The notes below the pieces were generated by a model. The model worked only from the letters and a program-made list of their open reading frames with translations, made no database searches and had not been told where the DNA came from. DNA of 55,826 bases. Source: Thermoplasmatota archaeon. GTDB lineage: Archaea; Thermoplasmatota; E2; DHVEG-1. The position numbers and the translations under genes are program-made. Positions within the stretch are counted from its first letter, which is position 1. The number at the start of each line of letters is the position of its first letter. The stretch is taken from positions 1 to 55,826 of the forward strand of contig JAYEJG010000076.1 in assembly GCA_034660435.1 (NCBI GenBank), in the 5' to 3' direction. Positions 28,649 through 37,390 of the stretch are shown piece after piece.

Positions 28649-29211
28649 TTTAAACCCTCACAGGTATCAACCACCAGTTTTTCAACATCATTGATATTAC
28701 TTCCAACAAACAAAGCCCCTTGGCCTTTTATCACAACAATTTTGCTCTCTCTCAATTTTTTTAATATCTCCATTATAAGTTCAAAAGTTCCAGGTAAATA
28801 TTCTTTTTCTGTTGATGGGTATTTATCTCTCAGTTTTTCTTCTAAAGAACTGCTGTTTATTTGAATAATTGCATTTACCTCGTTTCTTGCATTATGAATC
28901 ATCCAATGTATTGGTGTTTCAAGTTTTGGTTCAGTTGGCCCCAAAATCAATAAGTTCCTTTTTACTGGATCGTAATCGGCCACTTCTAGCATTTCCTCTC
29001 TTTTAATATTTTTATAATCTTTAATATTTCCAGTTATTAAAATACGCCGTCCATAACCAATACTTATAACCGCTGAAGAATCTTGTAGCAATTCAGAATC
29101 CTTGAGCCTTTTACCGGTTTTGACAATATCTGCTATTAAAGGACAGTTTATCTCTTCTTTTGACGCATAAAATGTTTGAAAACTAATATTTGAATAACTT
29201 CCCCCGGTCAT
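28645..29211 (-). CDS. class II aldolase/adducin-fold protein lacking the Zn ligands (probable pseudo-enzyme or divergent activity)
   Basis: 188 aa. It aligns gap-free by eye with E. coli FucA around E73/H77/H92/H94: LETPIHWMIHNARNEVNAIIQIN versus SSEWRFHMAAYQSRPDANAVVHNH. It also aligns around H155: VVIKGQGALFVG versus LLQHHGLIA. The ligands become Q117, N119 and Q164. Its stop overlaps the mtnA-like ATG (ATGA). Confidence 0.6.
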   Translation of the reverse strand: MTGGSYSNISFQTFYASKEEINCPLIADIVKTGKRLKDSELLQDSSAVISIGYGRRILITGNIKDYKNIKREEMLEVADYDPVKRNLLILGPTEPKLETPIHWMIHNARNEVNAIIQINSSSLEEKLRDKYPSTEKEYLPGTFELIMEILKKLRESKIVVIKGQGALFVGSNINDVEKLVVDTCEGLK

Positions 29212-29310
29212 TAAAACACAGTAACTAAAAACCCGCTCTTTTACTTTTTCCTCATATCTCCATTTTTACAGATATATGTCGTAGTTGAGAATGACTTTAG
29301 ATAAAATAAC

Positions 29311-29394
29311 GCCGAGGAAGAGATTTGAACTCCTGAGGGATTGCTCCCACGAGATTTCCAGTCTCGCGCCGTTCCGGGCTGGGCCACCTCGGCA
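29311..29394 (-). tRNA. tRNA-Ser (anticodon GGA)
   Basis: Minus-strand read: GCCGAGG-TG-GCC..GGC-G-CGAGA-CTGGAAA-TCTCG-long variable arm (GGGA GCAA TCCC)-AGGAG-TTCAAAT-CTCTT-CCTCGGC-G. 7-bp acceptor stem, class II variable arm, no encoded CCA. Confidence 0.9.
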
Positions 29395-29423
29395 AGGACA
29401 AATACAGGGAATAAAGCGCTCCT

Positions 29424-30425
29424 TTAAGACTTTTTCCAGATGGAAGGATATGTCCCTTTTTTCAATACAACCCTATCTATATTTGTGCATACTCCTGTGT
29501 CTTTTTGAATAATCTCTTCAGTTGACATAAGTGAATTCCCAATAGCAACGACTTCTCCCTTTAAAGTGAAGATAGCAACATTCTTTCCTTTTTTGATACC
29601 CGAGTCAACTTCAACTACGCCAGGAACTGCAAGACACGCACCATGGCAAATTGCATCTACTGCAGAGTCCCTGATTATAATCTTTGGAAGGTGATCAAAT
29701 AATTTTTCTATAGGGTGGACAACAGATCTAATTACATTTTCATCTCCATCCTTTTTAAAAAATTCATATGCATCTTTTAGGTCATGCAAAATTACTGTAT
29801 CTTCTTCCTTTAAATGCCCTACCCTTGTTCTTCTAAGTTCTGCAAGGTTTGCGCCACAACCAAGTTTTTTACCAATATTCACACAGAGCGTTCTCACATA
29901 AGTTCCCGATTCACATCCAACTCGGAATAAAACCTCTTTACCTTTTATTTGAATCACATCAAGATAGTAAATCCTTCTTTTTCTTCTTACTCTTTTTACA
30001 GCAGATCTGACTGGGGGAAGTTGCTCAATATCTCCAATAAAAGATTTCATTACATCTAAAATTCTTTTTTCATCAACATCTTTATGTAACTTCATTATGC
30101 CAACATATTCTTTTCCTGCAGTAAGAAGAAATTGCAGTGATTTTGCCGCACTACCTATTGCAACAGGTAAAACCCCCGTGGCGTTTGGGTCAAGCGTCCC
30201 GCCATGTCCCACCTTTTCCACTTCAAGGATATTCCGTATCCAGGCATCAACTTGATGAGATGTAGGTCCATTTGGTTTGTCAATAATAATAATTCCGTTA
30301 TTCAACAAGTCTTTAACAGTTCTTTTCTGAGGTGCAACCCCATAATTTTCATTTGATTTTGCTTGTGCCTTTAGAAATCTCTTTCGTTTTTTATCCGAAG
30401 GCAATATATATTTTTGACTAGTCAT
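29424..30425 (-). CDS. cbf5: tRNA/rRNA pseudouridine synthase Cbf5 (H/ACA RNP catalytic subunit)
   Basis: The ATG at 30425 gives MTSQKYILPSD...; the track start at 30449 adds an implausible hydrophobic MFYILLIS. Contains KPNGPTSHQV, the GHGGTLDP catalytic Asp motif and a C-terminal PUA domain. Confidence 0.9.
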   Translation of the reverse strand: MTSQKYILPSDKKRKRFLKAQAKSNENYGVAPQKRTVKDLLNNGIIIIDKPNGPTSHQVDAWIRNILEVEKVGHGGTLDPNATGVLPVAIGSAAKSLQFLLTAGKEYVGIMKLHKDVDEKRILDVMKSFIGDIEQLPPVRSAVKRVRRKRRIYYLDVIQIKGKEVLFRVGCESGTYVRTLCVNIGKKLGCGANLAELRRTRVGHLKEEDTVILHDLKDAYEFFKKDGDENVIRSVVHPIEKLFDHLPKIIIRDSAVDAICHGACLAVPGVVEVDSGIKKGKNVAIFTLKGEVVAIGNSLMSTEEIIQKDTGVCTNIDRVVLKKGTYPSIWKKS

Positions 30426-30448
30426 TGAAATCAACAGAATATAAAACA

Positions 30449-30456
30449 TATATAAA
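30449..30456 (-). promoter_or_regulatory. candidate TATA box (TTTATATA) for a leaderless cbf5 transcript
   Basis: On the minus strand CGATTTATATATG lies between the cmk stop and cbf5. The TATA centre is about 27 nt upstream of the ATG at 30425. Confidence 0.4.
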
Positions 30457-30460
30457 TCGT

Positions 30461-30988
30461 TTATTTATCAAACTTCTTTAGGATAATGTCTACAATTTCA
30501 TTAGGTGTTTTATCTTTAGAGTTTACTACTACATCATATACCGAGATGTCCTTTAGATCAATGTTATAATATTTCTTATAGCGAGTTGCTTCACATTCTT
30601 CTCTTTCAAGCATTTCTTTTTCTTGTTGCTTTAGGTTGCCCCCTTCTCTCTTTTGAATTCTACTTGCCCTTGTTTTAATATCTGCGTCAATCATGACTTT
30701 TAATGCAGCAATATTGTTTTTATGCGCAATCCATCCAGCAAGTCTGCCTTCTAAAATAACGTCTCCACTTTTCAAAATCTTAAGTTGTTCGCCATCAAGT
30801 TTTTTATCGATTCCTTCATGTTCTTTGCAATATTTCCCAAATTCTTCTAGGCTCATATTGTGCTTTGTCGCAAGTTCTCTGAAAATCATCCCTAAATAAA
30901 CGTATTTAAGTCCTGTTTTCTCTTCCAAAAGTTTTGCAACGGTTGATTTGCCGCATCCAGGCGTTCCACTTATTGTAATTATTGACAT
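30461..30988 (-). CDS. cmk: cytidylate kinase, archaeal type
   Basis: The ATG at 30988 gives MSIITISGTPGCGKSTVAK with a P-loop (the track start at 30994 is TTG). Confidence 0.85.
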   Translation of the reverse strand: MSIITISGTPGCGKSTVAKLLEEKTGLKYVYLGMIFRELATKHNMSLEEFGKYCKEHEGIDKKLDGEQLKILKSGDVILEGRLAGWIAHKNNIAALKVMIDADIKTRASRIQKREGGNLKQQEKEMLEREECEATRYKKYYNIDLKDISVYDVVVNSKDKTPNEIVDIILKKFDK

Positions 30989-30995
30989 ATTCAAT

Positions 30996-31661
30996 TTACT
31001 TAGAAAATGGAATTATTTTACTTTTCGTATTTTTCCACCAATCTGACCAAGTTATGTACTTCATACCAAGTCTTATGATTTGGCCAAGCACAAAAGAAAA
31101 TATCATGTACATCCAGAGCCATGCTTGCATTAAAATGGGCTTATCAAAAAGCGAAATACCATCTGCCCATGGTAATGTAAAATAATAATATGGTAAATTT
31201 CCAAGGAAGAACCTAAGCCACATAAATATTGGAACAATAAACACGAACAAAAACATCATTGGTTTCATTGAATTGCTCTGAGTCTCAGTTTGCATCTTCA
31301 TTATTTTAGGCTGCATCTTCATTAATTTATTCACGCGGTTTGTATTTCCACTTTTGCGGGCTACAGACAACTCTTTTTGAAATGCTTTTGACGTTTCTTG
31401 TGTTTCTCCCATTTTCTTCCAGTCTGTAAAAAGATTTTGAAAAAAGCTAGAAAGAAATACAACCATAATTCCAGCAAGTGCAATCGTTAAAATAGGATAA
31501 TCTCCATCGAAGCCGATAAGAGGATAGAACACGGAGTTTAAAGTAACCGCAATCAAATTAGCGATACTTTGATTTCCAAAGATAAATATCATAAGAAACA
31601 TGAGCATCATCAGCATAATAAGCTGACTTCCCTGTGCTGCTTTGTTATCTATTTTTCTCAT
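30996..31661 (-). CDS. DUF106 / EMC3-TMCO1-like membrane protein (archaeal YidC/Oxa1-superfamily insertase)
   Basis: Conserved position between adk and cmk. 3 TM helices plus a coiled-coil region. The ATG at 31661 is preceded by AAGGTGATAAAT, a GGTGAT Shine-Dalgarno element. An alternative ATG at 31676 overlaps the adk stop (ATGA). Confidence 0.75.
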   Translation of the reverse strand: MRKIDNKAAQGSQLIMLMMLMFLMIFIFGNQSIANLIAVTLNSVFYPLIGFDGDYPILTIALAGIMVVFLSSFFQNLFTDWKKMGETQETSKAFQKELSVARKSGNTNRVNKLMKMQPKIMKMQTETQSNSMKPMMFLFVFIVPIFMWLRFFLGNLPYYYFTLPWADGISLFDKPILMQAWLWMYMIFSFVLGQIIRLGMKYITWSDWWKNTKSKIIPFSK

Positions 31662-31672
31662 ATTTATCACCT

Positions 31673-32221
31673 TCATTTTAATACAGGTGCAGTCTGTTTT
31701 ACAGCTTCTTCAATTGCATTATCATGATTAAATATAATCTTTACTGTTGCACCACTTAGTGCTGCGTATGCCATAGCGGCAGCGCGATTCATTAATTGGT
31801 GTTCTTCAATTTGCTCCTTTGTGTCCGGATCCCGATTGCGACTTTTATCGCCAGCCCGTCGGTTATAGATCTCTTCAGCATCTGCTTCTACTAAAACAAT
31901 TGCTGTTGGATTAATTTTTTTTACAACCCATTCAGGCAGCCCTGGCATGTAGCCCTTTGGTGTTTTGACCGTACAATGCGTATCAAGGATAACGTTGCCC
32001 ATACTGGCCACTTTTTCCGCACTTTTTATCTGTAAATTCTTTTGTTGTTCAAGGGTAAGTTTTCTCATATCATCCCTGTTTTGTACTAGGCCCATTTCTT
32101 TTGCTATGTCTACCATTACTGTCCCAAAAGTAACAAACTGTATGTCCATACCTTCCGCAGCTTTTTTCATAACCGTTGTTTTTCCAACGCCAGGTATACC
32201 TGTTACGACTATTACGCCCAT
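31673..32221 (-). CDS. adkA: adenylate kinase, archaeal type
   Basis: 182 aa. P-loop VVTGIPGVGKTT, and a conserved position downstream of secY. Confidence 0.9.
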   Translation of the reverse strand: MGVIVVTGIPGVGKTTVMKKAAEGMDIQFVTFGTVMVDIAKEMGLVQNRDDMRKLTLEQQKNLQIKSAEKVASMGNVILDTHCTVKTPKGYMPGLPEWVVKKINPTAIVLVEADAEEIYNRRAGDKSRNRDPDTKEQIEEHQLMNRAAAMAYAALSGATVKIIFNHDNAIEEAVKQTAPVLK

Positions 32222-32242
32222 ATCTTTTCCTCACCAATTGTT

Positions 32243-33826
32243 TTAATCATTTCCGAAGAATCCACGCAGTACAGGGTGCATTTCCATTGCCTGTTCTTTG
32301 GCGATATCTTCATACAAATGGATAATAATGCCTACAGTAAGAAGAACACCCGTACCACTGGCTTTTCCAAGAGTTCCGATACAATCTGCAAAACCAGCAA
32401 GCGCACCTACTGCCGCTCCGCCGATGACTGTAACAACAGGTATATACCGTTCTAATACCTTCCGCAGCACTCGCGGATCTCTTCTGAAACCCGGTATTTG
32501 CATTCCAGAACTCTGGATTTGTTTTGCAACTGCAGTAGGCCCCATATTTGTTGTTTCAATCCAGAATTTGGCAAAAAGAACCGATCCAAAGATCATAACT
32601 GATAGATAGAGAATAACCTTAATTGCAAACTGCCATGGTGCATGTCCACCATAGCCGCCGGCCAAAATTGGCAACAGCCAACTATTTACCCCTCCAGGAC
32701 TACTTAGGTACCATGCACCTCCAGCAAGAGCCTGAGTGCCTACACTTAAATCGTATTTTCCTACCCACCATTGTCCACCCAGGAGAGGAACTTTACCTCC
32801 TGCCCTCCACAAAAGTAATGCAAACATGTTTATGTTTGCAAGAAGCGCTGCCATCAAGATAACAGGAATGTTTGATGCGTAGATCAATCTAATCGGATAT
32901 CTGCCTCTCGCTCCTCTAACTTTTCCATGTGCAAGAGGTAACTCGATACGTGAGGATTCGGCATATACGACAATAAAGAATATCAGAATCGTGCCCAATA
33001 GAGGCACGATAGCATTTTCATATCTAATTTGTGGAGATCCCATAAACATTATTTGGTATCCACCTCCCATGACTTCGCTAAGGGACATGTGTGTTGCCAT
33101 GAAATAAGTGCCAGGAATGACACCCCCCGGTGGGTTTGTCAAGCTCAATGCTGCTAACCCTCCACCCTGTACAGGTAGCCAACTAAAAAGTCCTGTAAAT
33201 AGAGACTGAGAAACACCAGCAGCAATGAATAGTGATATTCCAGAGCCTATCCCCCATTTGGATATCAACTCGTCCATGAAGAATACAAGAAAAGCACCTA
33301 AACATAATTGTATGACAATAACCGCTTCAGCCCATCCAGAACCAACTAACCCATAAAGACCAGAGGTTAATTGCCCCGTCTCAATAAAAACTCCTTTTCC
33401 TGAAGGGACAAGATATCCAAATATCTGAGGAACCGCTTCAACAACAATCATTACAACAACAAGGATTTTTTGTGTACCCTGATAGATTGCTTTATCTTCT
33501 TTCTTAGTAAGATCAAGATTAATAATTTTTGCACCGACGAACAACTGCAGAATAATGGATGCAGTTACGATGGGCCCTATACCAAGATGCATGATTGATC
33601 CTGAGGCACCTGCCATGATGAATCGATATTGTTCGAACAAGTCGATCGTACCAGGCTCAAGCCCAAAAATCATAATGTTCGTCAAAATGTAATAAAGAGT
33701 CAGACAAGTAATGGTCCACATTATTTTCGTTCGAAATGTTACATGCCCTTCAGGTTTTGAAACAGCGGGCCATCTCTCAATAATTGGTTTAAGTATGTGC
33801 AACCTGCTCTTTTTTTCTTCTGCCAT
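32243..33826 (-). CDS. secY: preprotein translocase subunit SecY
   Basis: 527 aa, 10 TM pattern. Conserved segments GIGPIVTASIILQL, ISKWGIGSGISLFI and IPGFRRDP. Confidence 0.95.
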   Translation of the reverse strand: MAEEKKSRLHILKPIIERWPAVSKPEGHVTFRTKIMWTITCLTLYYILTNIMIFGLEPGTIDLFEQYRFIMAGASGSIMHLGIGPIVTASIILQLFVGAKIINLDLTKKEDKAIYQGTQKILVVVMIVVEAVPQIFGYLVPSGKGVFIETGQLTSGLYGLVGSGWAEAVIVIQLCLGAFLVFFMDELISKWGIGSGISLFIAAGVSQSLFTGLFSWLPVQGGGLAALSLTNPPGGVIPGTYFMATHMSLSEVMGGGYQIMFMGSPQIRYENAIVPLLGTILIFFIVVYAESSRIELPLAHGKVRGARGRYPIRLIYASNIPVILMAALLANINMFALLLWRAGGKVPLLGGQWWVGKYDLSVGTQALAGGAWYLSSPGGVNSWLLPILAGGYGGHAPWQFAIKVILYLSVMIFGSVLFAKFWIETTNMGPTAVAKQIQSSGMQIPGFRRDPRVLRKVLERYIPVVTVIGGAAVGALAGFADCIGTLGKASGTGVLLTVGIIIHLYEDIAKEQAMEMHPVLRGFFGND

Positions 33827-33852
33827 TGTTTCGAATCCAAAATTTTTAGTGT

Positions 33853-34287
33853 CTACTCAGTTGATTCTTCTGGTGATTGTTCTTTAAATTCAGGCTTAGG
33901 TAGTATCACCTTTCCACCCTGCTCCTTTATTTTTTCGACAGCCCTTCCAGATGCCGAATCGACTTTGACTTTTATTTTATCGGTCAATTTTCCCCCACCG
34001 AGAAGTTTATCGTAACCCTCCTCTATTAGGTTGATTTCCTTCTTGCCTGGGAATCTCTCCTCCAGTTGACCGACGTTAATTGTTTTCTCCTTCTTTAATG
34101 TGCTCTGAGGTCTTTTAAAACCATGCCTACCAAAATGATCTGGCATGTATTTTGTCATGTACATAAACTTATGCTTCAATAAACCAGCGTTTCCTCTTCC
34201 TCCACGTAATCCTGCACCGCGGCCACCCTTTTTACCTCTGCCATGGGTCATTGATCCTCTAAACTTCTTTGTTTTCGTTCGCACCAA
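33853..34287 (-). CDS. rpl15: 50S ribosomal protein uL15 (L15)
   Basis: 144 aa. KKFRGSMTHGRGKKGGRGAGLRGGRGNAG matches the archaeal uL15 N-terminus. The start is TTG (34287) or the adjacent GTG (34284). Confidence 0.9.
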   Translation of the reverse strand: MVRTKTKKFRGSMTHGRGKKGGRGAGLRGGRGNAGLLKHKFMYMTKYMPDHFGRHGFKRPQSTLKKEKTINVGQLEERFPGKKEINLIEEGYDKLLGGGKLTDKIKVKVDSASGRAVEKIKEQGGKVILPKPEFKEQSPEESTE

Positions 34288-34377
34288 TTTTAATCCCTTC
34301 TTATGTTTTTTATTGGTTTATAAGTTGAAACAGGATATAACACCCTATTATTATATTTTCGGATAAAACACAGACGA

Positions 34378-34887
34378 CTATTTTTCCTTTCTTAAAAGGT
34401 ATTTCTTATCCTTGTCAAGATCGATAAATAAATCCGTGACTTCCATTAACTTATGAGATGTTGTTTTACCAAATGCAAGAACTTCAGTTCTGCAACCTAG
34501 GCTTTTTGCATGTTCTAACAAATCTGAGAAATCACCATCACCACTTACTAGGACGACTGTGTCAAGTTTTGGTGCAAGTCTCATAACATCCATTGCTATT
34601 CCAACATCCCAATCCCCCTTTTTTGCACCACCATAAAAAACTTGCAGATCCTTACTTTTCACCTCAAAACCCATTTCTTCTAAAGCATCATAAAATGTAT
34701 TTTCATCTTTCACATCTGCTTTTATAACATATGCAATCGCTCGTATTATCCTTCTTTCAGCTATTGCATCTATTAATAATGTTTTGAAATTAACTTTTGC
34801 TTTGTATAAGTTTTTTGCAGAGTAATACATGTTCTGCACGTCTACAAAAACACCAATTCTTTGATTTTCTTGTCTTGATTTTTTCAT
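34378..34887 (-). CDS. NYN-domain (LabA/DUF88-like) protein
   Basis: 169 aa. IGVFVDVQNMYYS...VVLVSGDGDFSDLL is the acidic PIN-like signature of NYN/LabA. Confidence 0.75.
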   Translation of the reverse strand: MKKSRQENQRIGVFVDVQNMYYSAKNLYKAKVNFKTLLIDAIAERRIIRAIAYVIKADVKDENTFYDALEEMGFEVKSKDLQVFYGGAKKGDWDVGIAMDVMRLAPKLDTVVLVSGDGDFSDLLEHAKSLGCRTEVLAFGKTTSHKLMEVTDLFIDLDKDKKYLLRKEK

Positions 34888-34959
34888 AAGTTCAACTCTA
34901 TTTAAACAATTACAGATAAAAGCAACACGTTAATTATATTTATCCCACTCATTTTTAAC

Positions 34960-35568
34960 TCATGTCTTTGTAATAATCCTCAGTAATGTTACATCATAGT
35001 TTACAACTTTTTTTTCATGAAAACTGTGTGTTGATTTCATTGGAAAAACATAATCTTTAGAGTAATCAATTCTGCCTTTTAGTGATTTAACCATTTTGTC
35101 AATAAAAGGTATGGTTTTTGAAAGATGAAGAGAATAAATTACATGTGCGACTTCAAATCCTTTTTCGATAAACTTCCTGTCTGCTTTTTGATTACTTTTT
35201 TGAGCGCCAAACGGTGGATTCATAACAACAGTGTTACATTTAAGACTAATGTTATTGACGTCTTGAATTAGAAATTCTATTTCTAGATTGTTTTTTCCTG
35301 CAAATTCTTTTGCAACATCTATACAGTCTTTATCAACATCTATCCCAATGACTTTTTTGGCACCCACTAAGAAAATGCCAACTGAAAAAATTCCTGTGCC
35401 GCAACCCAGGTCAAGAACTATTTTATTTTCAATATTCCCAAACTGATATGCTGTGAATATTATATCGGCAGCGATATTTGCTGGAGTGATATATTGTTCA
35501 AGATTTGGAGATGGGTCTCTAAAGATTGGTACTTTCTGCAAAGTCATTTCTAGTTCTTTTTGCCTCAT
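34960..35568 (-). CDS. METTL5-like N6-adenine methyltransferase (COG2263)
   Basis: 202 aa. LEQY near the N-terminus, SAM motif I VLDLGCGTGIFS and motif IV NPPFG. Confidence 0.7.
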   Translation of the reverse strand: MRQKELEMTLQKVPIFRDPSPNLEQYITPANIAADIIFTAYQFGNIENKIVLDLGCGTGIFSVGIFLVGAKKVIGIDVDKDCIDVAKEFAGKNNLEIEFLIQDVNNISLKCNTVVMNPPFGAQKSNQKADRKFIEKGFEVAHVIYSLHLSKTIPFIDKMVKSLKGRIDYSKDYVFPMKSTHSFHEKKVVNYDVTLLRIITKT

Positions 35569-35606
35569 TTCAAACTAAAAGATGGTGTAACGTCTAATAA
35601 TACTTT

Positions 35607-35614
35607 TTTATATG
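35607..35614 (+). promoter_or_regulatory. candidate TATA box (TTTATATG) for tRNA-Ala
   Basis: Its centre is about 43 nt upstream of the mature tRNA 5' end, which implies a leader of about 17 nt. Confidence 0.4.
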
Positions 35615-35653
35615 CAAATCTTATTTGCTAAACTTGGTTTAGTGTTGCTTATT

Positions 35654-35727
35654 GGGCTTGTAGATCAGCTCGGAAGATCGCCTCCTTGGCATGGAGGAGG
35701 CCTCGGGTTCAAATCCCGACAAGTCCA
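35654..35727 (+). tRNA. tRNA-Ala (anticodon GGC)
   Basis: GGGCTTG-TA-GATC..GATC-G-CCTCC-TTGGCAT-GGAGG-...-TCGGG-TTCAAAT-CCCGA-CAAGTCC-A. The G3:U70 alanine identity pair is present. No encoded CCA. Confidence 0.9.
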
Positions 35728-35882
35728 CTTTCTCCGACATGAGAGAATTTGTTCAACAGTTGACAGCCCTGATCCCCAGTGCAAAACTTTATATTTTATC
35801 CATTTATTAAGATAATAAAAATTATATACAAAAACATTAAATATAGAGGCTTATGTTGTAGTATATAAAGGATTATGATAAT

Positions 35883-36386
35883 ATGATGCGCACAAAAGTA
35901 GTAAACGATTCCACTGACTTAGTTCCGCTTCTCAGGGCTTTTGGCAACAATGTAAAAAAACAAGTTTTCAATGAACTATTAGGAGAATGGAAGCAATTAA
36001 GTGAAATAAAAGAGAAATACGGCGATGCTGGGGAAGAGGCTCTTGAATACTTCGATAAAATGAAACTGGTAGAAACCAAATGGACAACTCCTGACGAAGG
36101 AATAAATGGTAGACCCCAAAAAAAATACCGTTCATACTACTCTGCTTTTAATATCAATATCTCCTGCCCCGTGAACGAAATAAGCGAAATCTTCACAGTT
36201 GCATCTTTGAACGACAAAGAATTTGCAAAACTTGAAAATGACATTTTCGAATTTGTTGGGGATGATGGAAGATTTGGAAATATGGTTGCAGAAAATTTTG
36301 CCCTTTCAAATCTCTCTCTAAAAGGTCTTGTTAAAAGATCAAACAAGTTCTGTTATAAAGGTTTAAAGCTGAGTAGGAAAGACTAA
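35883..36386 (+). CDS. putative winged-helix (ArsR-like) transcriptional regulator
   Basis: 167 aa. The N-terminal segment LRAFGNNVKKQVFNELLGEWKQLSEI resembles an ArsR-type HTH. Assignment is weak. Confidence 0.4.
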   Translation: MMRTKVVNDSTDLVPLLRAFGNNVKKQVFNELLGEWKQLSEIKEKYGDAGEEALEYFDKMKLVETKWTTPDEGINGRPQKKYRSYYSAFNINISCPVNEISEIFTVASLNDKEFAKLENDIFEFVGDDGRFGNMVAENFALSNLSLKGLVKRSNKFCYKGLKLSRKD

Positions 36387-36445
36387 TTTTTGTACTTTTA
36401 TTTTCCAAATGCTTTTTAGCATAATCTTCGTTTACAGTCTAGATT

Positions 36446-37048
36446 ATGCAATATTACGAAATAATAATTCAGGCACTTTGGCTTGTGCTCCCTGCATATT
36501 TTGCCAACGGTTTTGCTTTACTTGTGGGTGGGGGCACTCCAATTGATTTTGGAAAGAATTGGAAGGATGGGAAACGTATCCTTGGTGATGGAAAGACCTG
36601 GAGGGGGCTAATTGTTGGTTCGTTTATTGGAATGACTGCAGGATTTGGTTTTTCTGCTGTTGCTAAGTTTGGGAGAATGATAGACTTTCCAATAGAGATC
36701 AACGACTTTACCGGGTTCCCTTTAATGATTCCAATAGTCTTTTCTATATGTTTCGGTGCACTAATGGGCGATATTATTGAAAGTTTTTTTAAAAGGCGAG
36801 TTGGCAAGAAGCGAGGGGCAAGCTGGATACCATTTGATCAGCTGGATTTCATCCTTGGAGTTTTGTTTTTTAGTTTTTTAATGTCAAGTTTTTTGTATTT
36901 TGTTGGTGTTATGGAGTATAATTGGTTTTTTGAAAGTTTTACTGTTTGGCATATTCTAGTACTTATGCTTTTCACCCCCTTCTTTCATTTCTTTGCAAAC
37001 TTTGTTCATAGGAAAGGAATAAAAAAAAGCATAAACAAAAATATTTAA
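36446..37048 (+). CDS. carS: CDP-archaeol synthase (CDP-2,3-bis-O-geranylgeranyl-sn-glycerol synthase)
   Basis: 200 aa, 5 TM. LPAYFANG...PIDFG...DGKTWRG...GD..SFFKRR are the CarS (DUF46) signatures. Confidence 0.85.
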   Translation: MQYYEIIIQALWLVLPAYFANGFALLVGGGTPIDFGKNWKDGKRILGDGKTWRGLIVGSFIGMTAGFGFSAVAKFGRMIDFPIEINDFTGFPLMIPIVFSICFGALMGDIIESFFKRRVGKKRGASWIPFDQLDFILGVLFFSFLMSSFLYFVGVMEYNWFFESFTVWHILVLMLFTPFFHFFANFVHRKGIKKSINKNI

Positions 37049-37081
37049 GAACCAATCGCCTTAATAAATAGATGAGGGCAA

Positions 37082-37390
37082 ATGTCCAAAGATTCAAAGA
37101 CTAAGATGAATGAGGAATTGCAAAAATGGTCAGAACAATCGAAAAATGTGAATGCCCCAGAAGAACAAAAAAAGCAGTCTGAAAAAGGAAAGCCTAAAGG
37201 AATGTGCCAAATTTGCGGTAAAAAAACTGCAAAACATGTATGCCTTAAATGTGGCAAGTCAGTTTGCCAATCCTGTTACTTCAAAATAATTGGAATTTGT
37301 AAAAAATGTGTTCAGAAAGACACAGCAGAAAAGTGGGATGGTTCTAGGAAAGATTGGGAAAAGGAATTAGGTGTTGAGTGGGTAGATTAA
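37082..37390 (+). CDS. small zinc-finger protein with four CxxC pairs
   Basis: 102 aa. A K/E-rich N-terminal half is followed by CQIC-x8-CLKC-x4-CQSC-x8-CKKC (two predicted Zn sites). Its end overlaps the convergent acdA by 4 nt. Confidence 0.5.
   Translation: MSKDSKTKMNEELQKWSEQSKNVNAPEEQKKQSEKGKPKGMCQICGKKTAKHVCLKCGKSVCQSCYFKIIGICKKCVQKDTAEKWDGSRKDWEKELGVEWVD

Noticed and set aside
32243-33826. SecY at 527 aa, and other long proteins (PpsA, TopA, XPD), as possible intein hosts.
   Set aside because: The translations read continuously through conserved family segments. There are no intein blocks: no Cys/Ser-initiated insert ending in His-Asn, and no LAGLIDADG motifs.
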